A DNA stretch of 64,000 nt from Thermodesulfobacteriota bacterium (GTDB taxonomy: Bacteria; Desulfobacterota; Desulfarculia; JACQYL01). The translations under genes were made by a program, and so were the position numbers. Positions 50,256 to 59,223 of the stretch are shown one piece after another. Below the pieces are notes generated by a model. The model saw only the letters and a program-made list of their open reading frames with translations, made no database searches and was not told the DNA's origin. Where the stretch lies: positions 4,448,001 through 4,512,000 of the forward strand of contig CAXXLZ010000002.1 of assembly GCA_963675595.2 (NCBI GenBank). Direction: 5' to 3'. The stretch's first letter is position 1, and each line of letters opens with the position of its first letter.

Positions 50256-51617
50256 TTAAATAAGATACCCGTAAATCTTGGCCAGCTTTTGTTCCGCGGC
50301 CAGGACCGCCGCTTTGGCGGAACGCTTCTGCACCAGCACTTCCTCGAACAGGTTCACGATGACGTACTCATGCATGGCCGCGGCGGAAGCGGCTCCCAAC
50401 GGCCCTTCGTATCCGTTCCACAGCATGCGGCTGATGCAGTCGCGGAAAGGGGTCACCCGAGGATCGTCATCCCAGGACGGATGTTCGGCGTAGGACTTGA
50501 GGGTCTGGGTGATGTAGCCGGCCGCCCCGGCGAGCCACGCCTCGTATTGCGTGCGTTCCATCATGAAGCGCAGGTAGTGCTTGGCCGTCTTGGGAACGCG
50601 GGTTCTGCGGAATACAAAGGCCAGGCTCAGGAGGGACAGCTCCGTGGGGTGTCCCACGGGTCCCACGGGATAATTGGCGGTGGCCAGGTCTCTGTTGATC
50701 GCGGGTTGCTTTTTGGCGGCGGCGTCCAGCAGGCTGGTTCCGTTATTGGTCAGGGAGATGTCTCCCGCAAGGAAGGCCAGGTTGTTGTCCGCGTCGTCCC
50801 AATGTTCCACGCCGGGAATCATGGTTTCGTACAGTTCCCGCCCGGCTTCCAACGCCTGCAGCGTCTCGGGGCTGCGTATGGCCACGGTCTTGCCGTCGGC
50901 CTGCACCGCTTTGCCTCCGAAGGACCAGAGCCACCAGTGGGTCCAGGAGTTGGCGTCTCCCACCGCGTGCCCCAGGGGAAAACCCGTTCGGTAGCCTTTG
51001 GATTTGAGGGCCTTGCAGCAACGCAGGAATCCCGCCAGGTCGTCCGGCAGGCTGTCGTACCCGGCTTCCATGAGACGACTGAGCCGAAAATTGATGCACA
51101 GGCCGGCGCAAACCATGGGCAGCGCGATCCAGCGTCCCGACTTGGAATCCTTACCGTATTTTTCGCACACCGGGTACCAGCCGCCGTATCGACTTCCCAG
51201 GGATTCGGCCGTGTCCGAAAGGTCCAGCAGTTTGTCGGGGTAGAGGTGGGGATCGTCGAACCAGCCGAGCACCACGTCGTGACCGTCCGCCAGAGCCGAC
51301 TCCATGGCCGCGCGAGGCCGAAGTTGATCCCAGGGAACGGTTTCGGTGAACACCTTGCCCCCGGTCAGGGCTTCCCATTTCCGGGTGTTGGCGTTCCACA
51401 CGTCTTCCTCGGACTGCACAAAGCTGGACCACCGCAGCACCTTGAGGACCGGATATTTCTCCAATTCCCCGAGGGCTTCGGATTCTTCGGCGGCCCATGC
51501 GGACCCGCGGAAAAGAGAGTTCATTCCGGGCAAGGAAGCGCTCAAAGCGGCGGCGCCGGCCACGGAAGTCTTGAGAAAATCCCTCCGGGAGGGGAGGTTC
51601 GGCTTGCGGCGTTTCAT
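50256..51617 (-). CDS. Tat-exported ABC transporter substrate-binding protein (carbohydrate family), orphan
   Basis: SRRDFLK twin-arginine signal; LRWSSFV, SLGSRYGGWY, GFPLGHAVGDAN, WDDADNN.AFLAG; no permease or ATPase nearby. Confidence 0.85.
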   Translation of the reverse strand: MKRRKPNLPSRRDFLKTSVAGAAALSASLPGMNSLFRGSAWAAEESEALGELEKYPVLKVLRWSSFVQSEEDVWNANTRKWEALTGGKVFTETVPWDQLRPRAAMESALADGHDVVLGWFDDPHLYPDKLLDLSDTAESLGSRYGGWYPVCEKYGKDSKSGRWIALPMVCAGLCINFRLSRLMEAGYDSLPDDLAGFLRCCKALKSKGYRTGFPLGHAVGDANSWTHWWLWSFGGKAVQADGKTVAIRSPETLQALEAGRELYETMIPGVEHWDDADNNLAFLAGDISLTNNGTSLLDAAAKKQPAINRDLATANYPVGPVGHPTELSLLSLAFVFRRTRVPKTAKHYLRFMMERTQYEAWLAGAAGYITQTLKSYAEHPSWDDDPRVTPFRDCISRMLWNGYEGPLGAASAAAMHEYVIVNLFEEVLVQKRSAKAAVLAAEQKLAKIYGYLI

Positions 51618-52038
51618 GAGCGGGTCTCCTCCTAATTGAACGCAACAGGCAAGGGCAGGGCGGCCGATCCCGCGGGGTCCGCCGCGCCGAGTCGTCGTTC
51701 AGCCCGCATGGGAGCCCGCCGGCCAACGGGTGCGCAAGCGGTCCATGGGGCTGAGGTTTCCTTAGAAAAAGATGGAAGGCATGCATTCACGGGGTATCCG
51801 GGACAACCTTTTGAAAAAGGTTTTCCCGGCCCCTTTCCCAAACTTCTTGAGCGTGTTGTTCGATCGCGCCTCGCAAGCGGGGTCGGGGGTTCTCTATGAA
51901 CAGCCCGCCGGGTCCGAACAACCGGAACTTTCGACAAGGTCGTCGCCGTTTGAATGCGCTGAATCGGCAAGTAAGCTCACCCTGTAAATCAGTGCGACGG
52001 AAGAAGCGGCCATCGCTCACGGGAGGAATTTCTTTATT

Positions 52039-52064
52039 GTAGGGGCAGGCCACAGTGCCTGCCC
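52039..52064 (+). repeat. GTAG-type REP palindrome
   Basis: Identical to 50102-50127. Confidence 0.75.
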
Positions 52065-52375
52065 AAGAGGCGGCCGAAGGCCCACCTTCTCCCCTGTGCT
52101 CCCGTGCCGGCGCTCCCCCGGTGATCCTGTGCATGAAAACGCATGCAGGATACCTTTGCGGCGGGGTTCGTGTCCAGCCGGGAGAAAAGCATCCTGTCGA
52201 TTCAGGATGAAGAAGTGGATTCGGAATCAGCGGGACTGGGAGGAATGTATCCAGAAATCTCCATGAGTGAGCCTTTGGGGTGGATATTCGATACATTTTG
52301 CTTGATCCCCGGGAACCCATTTCCCTATTTTGATCTCAGACGAAAAATTGGCGATTGCTTTCGTCAACCGATGCA

Positions 52376-52494
52376 ATTCCGAACGAGGTTTTGTTGGGCT
52401 CCAGTTTGATGTTGATGCAAGGATTATTGAGCGTAAGCGTTCAGATAGGCCGGTTCTTGAGTGGAATGAAGAAGTTAAGAGGCAAGACCTGACC
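52376..52494 (+). repeat. ~119-bp direct repeat, copy 1, ending in GGCAAGACCTGACC
   Basis: Ungapped match of roughly 80% to 53465-53583. Confidence 0.8.
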
Positions 52495-52561
52495 GCACAG
52501 CCAGGAGCGTTATTCTGAAAACCACTCTATATTACAGATTAAAGGCTAAGAGGAGGAGGAC

Positions 52562-53410
52562 ATGAAAACAAGATTCCGGAAGACATCTCTGCTTATGGCT
52601 CTGCTGTCGTTTGGGCTGTTCTGCGGATGGGCCGCCTCCTTGCCCGCTTCAGAAACCGGCCGCCAACTTCAGGCAAACTCGGATTCCGGGCAAGGCCGGG
52701 CCGTCAAGACCATCGGCATCATCGGTGGGGTCAGCTGGGTGTCCTCGGCCGAGTACTACAAATTGATGAACCAAATGGTCGCGGAAAGGTTGGGTGGATT
52801 GCACTCGGCGCAACTGCTGATGTTCTCCATCGAGTTCGGCGAGTTTTCCAAACAGGAGCGCCTTGCCGACCTGGGTGATTGGGCGCCCTTGAAGAAAACA
52901 ATGCTCGATGCCGCCCGGCGGTTGAAGAGCGGGGGTGCCGATTTTGTCGTGATCGCCTCGAACACGTTGAACTCCCAAGCCGGTCTCATCGAGGCCGAGG
53001 TGGGAATCCCCGTCCTGCACATCGCCGACGCCGTCGGCCGGAAGATACAAGAAAAGGGGCTGCGAAAGGTGGCCTTGCTGGGCACGAAATATACCATGGA
53101 GCAACCGTTTTACCGCGATCGCCTCGCCAAGTACGGCATAGATGTGGTGACCCCGAACAAGGACGAGCGGGACTATATCAACGCGGTGATCTTCGACGAG
53201 CTGTGCGCGGGCAAGATCGAAGCGGAGTCCAGGCGCAACTACGTGCGGATCATCGAGCGTCTGGCCGAGGAAGCCGGCGCCCAGGGAGTGATTTTGGGTT
53301 GCACCGAGATTCCCCTGCTGGTCAAGCAGGCGGACGTAAGCATTCCCGTTTTTGACACCACGCTTATACACTCGGAAGCCGCAGTCAAGCACGCTCTGGG
53401 GAATGAATGA
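52562..53410 (+). CDS. Aspartate/glutamate racemase family protein (YgeA/RacX-like) with an N-terminal signal peptide
   Basis: KTIGIIGGVSWVSS.EYY, LGGLHSA, IASNT, LLGTKYTM, ILGCTEIPLL, PVFDTT; strong AGGAGG RBS. Confidence 0.9.
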   Translation: MKTRFRKTSLLMALLSFGLFCGWAASLPASETGRQLQANSDSGQGRAVKTIGIIGGVSWVSSAEYYKLMNQMVAERLGGLHSAQLLMFSIEFGEFSKQERLADLGDWAPLKKTMLDAARRLKSGGADFVVIASNTLNSQAGLIEAEVGIPVLHIADAVGRKIQEKGLRKVALLGTKYTMEQPFYRDRLAKYGIDVVTPNKDERDYINAVIFDELCAGKIEAESRRNYVRIIERLAEEAGAQGVILGCTEIPLLVKQADVSIPVFDTTLIHSEAAVKHALGNE

Positions 53411-53443
53411 CACGGGTTCGGCTGGAGCTGTAAAAGCGCTTTT

Positions 53444-53585
53444 GGGGTCACCCAGACATGCTTCATTCCGAACGAGGTTCTGTTGGACTCCAGCTTGGTG
53501 GTGGTGAAAAGATTATTCGACATAACAGTTCAGATAGACCGGTTCGGGAGTGGAATAAAAAAGTCAAAAGGCAAGACCTGACCCC
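53444..53585 (+). repeat. ~119-bp direct repeat, copy 2, bounded by GGGGTCA...TGACCCC
   Basis: Matches 52376-52494; inverted terminal heptamers at 53444 and 53579. Confidence 0.75.
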
Positions 53586-53780
53586 GATTTCGCTTGCATA
53601 CCCCTCCCCCTTTGGGGCCGCAATCAGGGTAGTCCGTCGAACAGCTGGGCGCAGGTCATGCTATTTGACGCTTCTAATCGTTCAACCAGACGATTTACAG
53701 AGTCGTCTCGCATATGCGGAGGAAGCAGCTCGGTGTTTTGAGCGGACACATCCAATGATCGTTCGAAGGACGGTGATGGA

Positions 53781-54998
53781 ATGAAAAAAGAGTTCTGCAT
53801 CCTGTTTATGGTGATCATGGCGTTTTGTGCCGTTCCCGTGTCTTCGCAGGAGGTGAAAGGAACTGGTACGGATGAGCTTCGAAAGGAGGCGGATTCGGTA
53901 TTGAGGCAAGGCGCAGCGCGCAGAAAGATAGAGGTGGTATTCAATCTGGTTGATCGATTGCTGGAGGAGGGCAGTGAGGATGCCGTGCTGTATCTTGAAG
54001 AGGGTCTGGAGTATTTCCCTTGGAACCTGAAATACCAGATGATTTATGCGGAACTGCTCGCCAAAGGAGGCAGACCGACCCGGGCGAGAGAGAGGGCGGA
54101 ACTCGTTCTCCAATATGGAGAGACGGACGACCTGATCGAGCGGGCGCGGAAACTGTTGGGTAAGGAACCGCTCCCGACATTGGACAAAGTGGGATCGGTT
54201 CCCGGATCGAGTTGTTCCGTGGTGCTTGTCCCGTTGATGGAGGCCGACGTGTGGCTCCTCGAACGAGTCAAAGACCGCCTTTCCGCGACCCTGGGCATTC
54301 CGGTGTACATTCGGACGATGGAAGCGGACTATCCTCCTTTTGCTCGTGATCGTCGCGGTGCGGTGCTGAACGGGTTACGAAAGGATCTTAAGAAAGACAT
54401 CGACAATTTTTGGGTCGCCAAGGTCTTGAAAGACTCGGGAATGACGCCGAAGGACCTGGATGATGAAGCCAAACTTCTCCGCGTCGTGAAGACGCTGATG
54501 AGCGGCGCCGGCCCGGAAGCCATGGCGGAATTCGAAGCCGAGCTCGAACGGTCGCGAGGCAAGGATCCGCAGTGGGATTCCGAGGCGTTGCTGACCGTTC
54601 TGGTTCGAACGGTGAAACCTCACCGCAGGAAGAAGGTTGCGTATCTCGGTGTCACATCCGTGGATATGTATACCAAAGACTACAATTTCCTCTTCGGATG
54701 GGCGGGTCGACGCGGAGGCGTTGTATCGTACCATCGATTCACGGCCGCCTTCAACGACGAGGTGCCGAATCAGGAACGACTGATCAAGAGAACCCTCATG
54801 CAATGCCTTCAATCGATAGGGCATATCTACGGTATGGAAAATTGTACGAACCCGACGTGCGCCCGCGCCTATCCCAATTCCCTGGAGGAACACGACGCAA
54901 AGGAGGATACGCTTTGTCCGCAGTGCAGGAGCCGATTCGAAAAAATCTTCAAACAAGCCCTTCCGAGCGACGTGCCGAAGGCCGGGGCCGAGAAGTAA
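53781..54998 (+). CDS. Secreted TPR plus archaemetzincin-like (M54) protein with a degenerate catalytic site
   Basis: Signal peptide, TPR-like helices, LGVTSVDMY...NFLFG, VVSY.RF, GHIYG..NC.NP.C...YPNSLEEHDAK...LCPQC. Confidence 0.75.
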   Translation: MKKEFCILFMVIMAFCAVPVSSQEVKGTGTDELRKEADSVLRQGAARRKIEVVFNLVDRLLEEGSEDAVLYLEEGLEYFPWNLKYQMIYAELLAKGGRPTRARERAELVLQYGETDDLIERARKLLGKEPLPTLDKVGSVPGSSCSVVLVPLMEADVWLLERVKDRLSATLGIPVYIRTMEADYPPFARDRRGAVLNGLRKDLKKDIDNFWVAKVLKDSGMTPKDLDDEAKLLRVVKTLMSGAGPEAMAEFEAELERSRGKDPQWDSEALLTVLVRTVKPHRRKKVAYLGVTSVDMYTKDYNFLFGWAGRRGGVVSYHRFTAAFNDEVPNQERLIKRTLMQCLQSIGHIYGMENCTNPTCARAYPNSLEEHDAKEDTLCPQCRSRFEKIFKQALPSDVPKAGAEK

Positions 54999-55006
54999 CG
55001 TTAGGG
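54948..55006 (+). other. Degenerate attC-like site overlapping the end of the gene
   Basis: TTCAAAC ... CTTC ... TGCC-GAA-GGC ... GAAG-TAAC-GTTAGGG, 59 bp, ending in a GTTRRR core. Confidence 0.4.
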
Positions 55007-55306
55007 TTTGGATAAATGGCGATTTCAAGCCGGTGGTATCCGGAATGCCTCACTTTGCAGGAATGACCCCTCGCGCCGTCGTTTGAGGAGCCGGGTCTTC
55101 CGGACGAAGTCAACAGGCGGGGTCCGCCGTTATCTATTGAGACCGCGCGACTGCACTATAATCGGTAGTGTCCAGATTTTTTCGCACTTTGTAGGGGATG
55201 AGCTCAAACGGCCGGACTGCTTGCCGGCCTTGGGGCTTGAGCGGGGATTTGAGCCGGCGGGAGTCGGCTTGCCGTGCTTCGGCAAATAAAGGCCCCGAGA
55301 GATGGG

Positions 55307-55537
55307 TCAGCACTCGTCGAGGAGCTTGAAGTATGCTTCTCTTGACAGTTCCGCCGTCTTGATCAGCCCGAGGATGATGTCCTCATCCACGGCGGTGTAT
55401 TCCGGAATGATAAGAGGTCGCTTTATCCCCGCCTTTTTGTAGGCTCGATGTGAGCCCTTTTGCCTTGCAAAAACGAACCCCGCTTTTTGAAATACGCATT
55501 CCAATTTCCGCCAATGCACGGGCGTTATGCGTGGCAT
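55307..55537 (-). CDS. hicA: HicA family toxin (mRNA interferase)
   Basis: 76 aa; GF.FARQKGSH, PLIIP, LSREAYFKLL. Confidence 0.85.
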   Translation of the reverse strand: MPRITPVHWRKLECVFQKAGFVFARQKGSHRAYKKAGIKRPLIIPEYTAVDEDIILGLIKTAELSREAYFKLLDEC

Positions 55538-55848
55538 CTCTCGGGCATCATTTCGTTAATGATGAACGGTAATGGAATATCCAAGAACTCTTCTTCAGGA
55601 GCAACCTCGTCCTTTTCGATGACACCGGAGAAGGCGGGCGAGAATCCGCACTCTTTCATGATTTCTTCCAGTGTCCCCATTTCATAGGCCGTCTGCAGAA
55701 AAAGCTCCAAAGCCTCCTCGATGTTATGCCTGGCTTCTTCCTCGGTCCTCCCCTGTGACGCGACATTAAACGCGTCGCAATGAGATACGACCCACTCCCC
55801 TTTATGCGCCAATCTGATGGGTACCCGGAAGGTGATCGTCACTCGCAT
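55525..55848 (-). CDS. hicB: HicB family antitoxin
   Basis: VASQGRTEEEARHNIEEALELFL; overlaps the hicA start. Confidence 0.85.
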   Translation of the reverse strand: MRVTITFRVPIRLAHKGEWVVSHCDAFNVASQGRTEEEARHNIEEALELFLQTAYEMGTLEEIMKECGFSPAFSGVIEKDEVAPEEEFLDIPLPFIINEMMPERCHA

Positions 55849-56087
55849 CTTATCGTCCTCGCAAAAGTGGCAATAAAGACAGCCGGTTCACAAAGCATAA
55901 ATCTTCATGTCTCATCTATTTATTATTAAAACGGTGGTTCCGGCCGTCAAGCAGTTTGAGTGCGTTCACACAGCCCCTGTTCCGGGATCAACCCAAACCG
56001 CGCCGAGTTCAGGTCACCCGAGCCGGATTCCGACAGGCTTTTTGATCCGGGGACATCCATACTGTTCATTGAGATGGACGCTCCCTT

Positions 56088-57728
56088 TCAATACGCCAAC
56101 GCGTACCCGTCGCCCCTAGGGTCGGCCCCTCCCTGCAACACGCCGGTGTTCTTGTCTCTCAGAATGCCCTGGGCGTGACCCATGTTCCAGGTCCAGTCGT
56201 CGAGCACGTTGACCTCGTGTCCCAGGTCGAACAGTTTCCGGATGACCGAGGAAGAGATTCTTCCTTCCAGGTTGAACATGGATTTGGGGTCCCCGAGGAT
56301 AACGCTGCCGTGGAGCCATCGAGGGGCTTCGATGGCCTGCTGCATGTGCATGCCGAAGTCGAGCACATTGCTGATCACGGCCAGATGGGTTTGAGGTTGG
56401 CCGTCTCCCCCCATGCTGCCGAAAACCATAAAGAGCTCGTCCGATTCGTCGAATACCATGGAGGCGATGAGGGTGTGCATGGTGCGCTTGCCGGGTTCCA
56501 GGCGGTTCACGTGGGTGGGGTCCAGGGAGAAATAGGCTCCCCGGTTCTGGGGAATGATGCCCGTGCCGGGCACCGCCATGCCGCAGCCGAAAGGAAAATA
56601 GATGCTCTGGATGCAGGATACGGCATTGCCCCATTGATCCATGATCGCAAAGTAGGTGGTGTCCCCCCGAGGGTCCCCGGCCGGCGCCGGCGAAGACATG
56701 GCGCGATCCGGGTTCAACAGGGACCGTCTCCGGTCGGCATAGTCCTTGCTCATTAGTTCATCCAGGGGAATGTCGGCGAATTCCGGGTCCGTGATGTACC
56801 GATCCCGGTCGGCGCAGGCCGTCTTCTTGGCTTCGCACATGAGGTGCAGGCATTCCGCGGAATTGTGCCCCAGGGAACGCACGTCGAAGGCTTCCATGAG
56901 ATTGAATTCCTGGATCGCCTGGAGCCCCTGGGTGTTGGGCGGAGTCTCGTAAATCCGATAGCCTCGATAGGTGGTGGAAATGGGGTCTCCCCAGTCGGAA
57001 TGGTGACCATGCAAATCCTCCTCCCCAAGGAAACCGCCCACACTGTGGGAGAATTGGAGCATCTTCTCGGCGATCTCTCCTCGGTAGAACCCGTCCCGCC
57101 CGTGCGCCGCCAAGGTGCGTAACGTGCGGGCCAGGTCCTTCTGAATCAGGACGTCGCCGGCGCGGGGAGCCCTGCCGCTAGGAAAGAAAATTTCAGCGAA
57201 GGACGGGAACACGTTGAGGTCCTCATGACCCGCGATCCACCACGCAACCTGGTGGCTCAAGGGAAAACCGTCTTCGGCGTAACGGATCGCCGGAGCCAGC
57301 AGGTCCTTCCAATCCATGGAACCGTATCGGTTGAGCACCTCATGCCATCCGTCCACGCATCCGGGCACGGTGATCATGGCCATGGGACCTCGGAACGGGA
57401 TGGCGTTGAGTCCACGGCTTCTGAAATAGTCTCCGTGGGCCGCCCGCGCCGCACGGCCGCTGCCGTTGAGAAACACGACCTTGCCTTCCCGCGCGGGGAA
57501 GAGCAGGTAGAACACGTCGCCCCCCACGCCGCACATGTGAGGCTGAGTCACGTTGAGTACGGCATTGACCGCCACCGCGGCGTCAAAGGCGTTGCCGCCT
57601 CGTTTCAAAACGTCGAGGCCCGTGTCCGAAGCCAGAGGATGAGCCGACGCCACTACGCCTCGACGACCCATGACCGCGGGTCTGGCCGCGAACGCGTCGC
57701 CGCCGATGAGGGGAGAGTGCAATGCCAT
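56088..57728 (-). CDS. ggt: Gamma-glutamyltransferase family protein (cytoplasmic, no signal peptide)
   Basis: GGNAFDAAVA, GVGGD, TVPGCVDGW, PPNTQG, GDTT autocleavage site, PGKRTMHT, GGDGQPQ, GADPRGDG. Confidence 0.92.
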   Translation of the reverse strand: MALHSPLIGGDAFAARPAVMGRRGVVASAHPLASDTGLDVLKRGGNAFDAAVAVNAVLNVTQPHMCGVGGDVFYLLFPAREGKVVFLNGSGRAARAAHGDYFRSRGLNAIPFRGPMAMITVPGCVDGWHEVLNRYGSMDWKDLLAPAIRYAEDGFPLSHQVAWWIAGHEDLNVFPSFAEIFFPSGRAPRAGDVLIQKDLARTLRTLAAHGRDGFYRGEIAEKMLQFSHSVGGFLGEEDLHGHHSDWGDPISTTYRGYRIYETPPNTQGLQAIQEFNLMEAFDVRSLGHNSAECLHLMCEAKKTACADRDRYITDPEFADIPLDELMSKDYADRRRSLLNPDRAMSSPAPAGDPRGDTTYFAIMDQWGNAVSCIQSIYFPFGCGMAVPGTGIIPQNRGAYFSLDPTHVNRLEPGKRTMHTLIASMVFDESDELFMVFGSMGGDGQPQTHLAVISNVLDFGMHMQQAIEAPRWLHGSVILGDPKSMFNLEGRISSSVIRKLFDLGHEVNVLDDWTWNMGHAQGILRDKNTGVLQGGADPRGDGYALAY

Positions 57729-58097
57729 GGTCGCTCCCGTTGTGACAGGTTTCCGCCTGCTTCCGAAGATATCCGGTATCCGTTCAGAGGATATACCGCG
57801 GGGGGACGCCGTCCCCCCGGACCCCCGTTGCGTTTTTTCGAATCGCGTACGCGATTCGAAAAACGAGCGGCATGTGCCGTCCAGCCGATTAAAACATCTG
57901 AAGCTTTCAAAAAGGGTTCCTTCGGATACCCTTCCGAATGCTCATCCACCTTGTGAAAGTGATCAATGGTACCTCAAGAGAATCCGGTATTGCATCTCCT
58001 TTACCGGATCGTTGAAGGATGCGATGCGCGGCAAGCGCTTCGTCCTTTTTGTCCATTCACGGAATTTCTTTGCCGATTCACGAAAAGTCAAGATCAG

Positions 58098-58181
58098 CCT
58101 CTCCGCCGAAGGCGGTGAGGCCCGTCCAAAGTGCTTTGGGAGGGGGTTTCGGGGGAGGACTTTCTCGAAAGTCCTCCCCCG
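58098..58181 (+). repeat. Palindromic repeat, family R1
   Basis: GCCTCTCCGCCGAAGGCGGTGAGGC...GGGGGAGGACTTTCTCGAAAGTCCTCCCCC. Confidence 0.75.
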
Positions 58182-58284
58182 TGCATTGCGACGAACACCG
58201 GACGCGGAACGCCTCGCTTGTTCTCGTTCCGAGGACCGAACTATAATGGGAATGGTTCACTTTGGGGGATCTTGTTATGGGTTC

Positions 58285-58967
58285 CCCGGGGAACGGCATC
58301 ACCCCGGCCCCCCGGATGCGGGCTCCGTCTCTATCGGGACGAAGTCCCGGACTTTGGCCCTTTATGATAATGCTTGGAACATGATTTGCACGAAATACCT
58401 AATTAATTGCGTATAGTGCAGCGGATTTCAGATTGGGTCTTGTATTTCCGTGCGTTCGTGCCGGAGTCCCTATGTGCACCAACGTCTCAAGAATTTTCGA
58501 GCCGGCATCGAGTCGGGAATATTCTACCTCAAACGCTGTCTTGGGTTGGATCGCTGCAACTAATAAGGGTGGCGCTTCTTCCAGAGCTATGTGCGGGCCT
58601 TGATCGTTTCGGGCAACCTGCTCACGCTTGCTAGGCCAAGTACTGCGGATTAACCTGCAGGAAGAACATTGTTACCGCACATGCATGGAGCATCTCAGGA
58701 TACGAGTGTCATCATAACCACAAGTATTGACGAATAAAATTGCATAGCATCGGTTTAACCAACAGAATACTCTATGTGGCCGGCAACCACCGAACCCGAC
58801 CATAAGTCTGCAATCAGGCCTTTATGGGAATATACTAGCCGTTAGAAGGTTGTAGGATAAATGTTCAAGAAAATATTATTGATTAACTATCTTATTCGGT
58901 ATAATTCACGCAAATTACAGATAGTCAAAGGCCATACAGGTAGGGGCGGTTCGCGAACCGCCCCTAC
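58285..58967 (+). repeat. Structured AT-rich non-coding element, copy A (with an extra 311-nt domain), ending in a GTAG REP
   Basis: Aligns without gaps to 60171-60540 apart from 58383-58693; long-range stems; GTAGGGGCGGTTCGCGAACCGCCCCTAC at 58940-58967. Confidence 0.8.
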
Positions 58968-59039
58968 GGGAGGATGTTAGCCGATTCAGCGGATGTCAGG
59001 AACGTTGGGAACTGGTGAGGAAACCCGGTTTGTTCAGCA

Positions 59040-59124
59040 GCCTCTCCCCCGAAAGCGGTGAGGCCTGTCCAAGGTGCTTTGCAAGGGGGTTTCGGGGGAG
59101 GATCTTCCCGAAAGTCCTCCCCCG
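59040..59124 (+). repeat. Palindromic repeat, family R1
   Basis: Close copy of 58098-58181. Confidence 0.75.
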
Positions 59125-59223
59125 TGAATCCGCATCTAGAATAAGTCGTAACCCGGAGTTGCAGCCGGGGGCTTTTTGAAATTCCTCGAACGGGGAGTGC
59201 GATCAACCGGAAGGGAGGAATGC

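Noticed and set aside
55230-55285. tRNA or tRNA remnant (GGATTTGAGCC resembles a reverse T-arm)
   Set aside because: The T-loop is mismatched and no cloverleaf can be built
58370-58693. CRISPR array
   Set aside because: Only two imperfect 13-bp repeats 311 bp apart; no regular repeat-spacer period and no cas genes in the window
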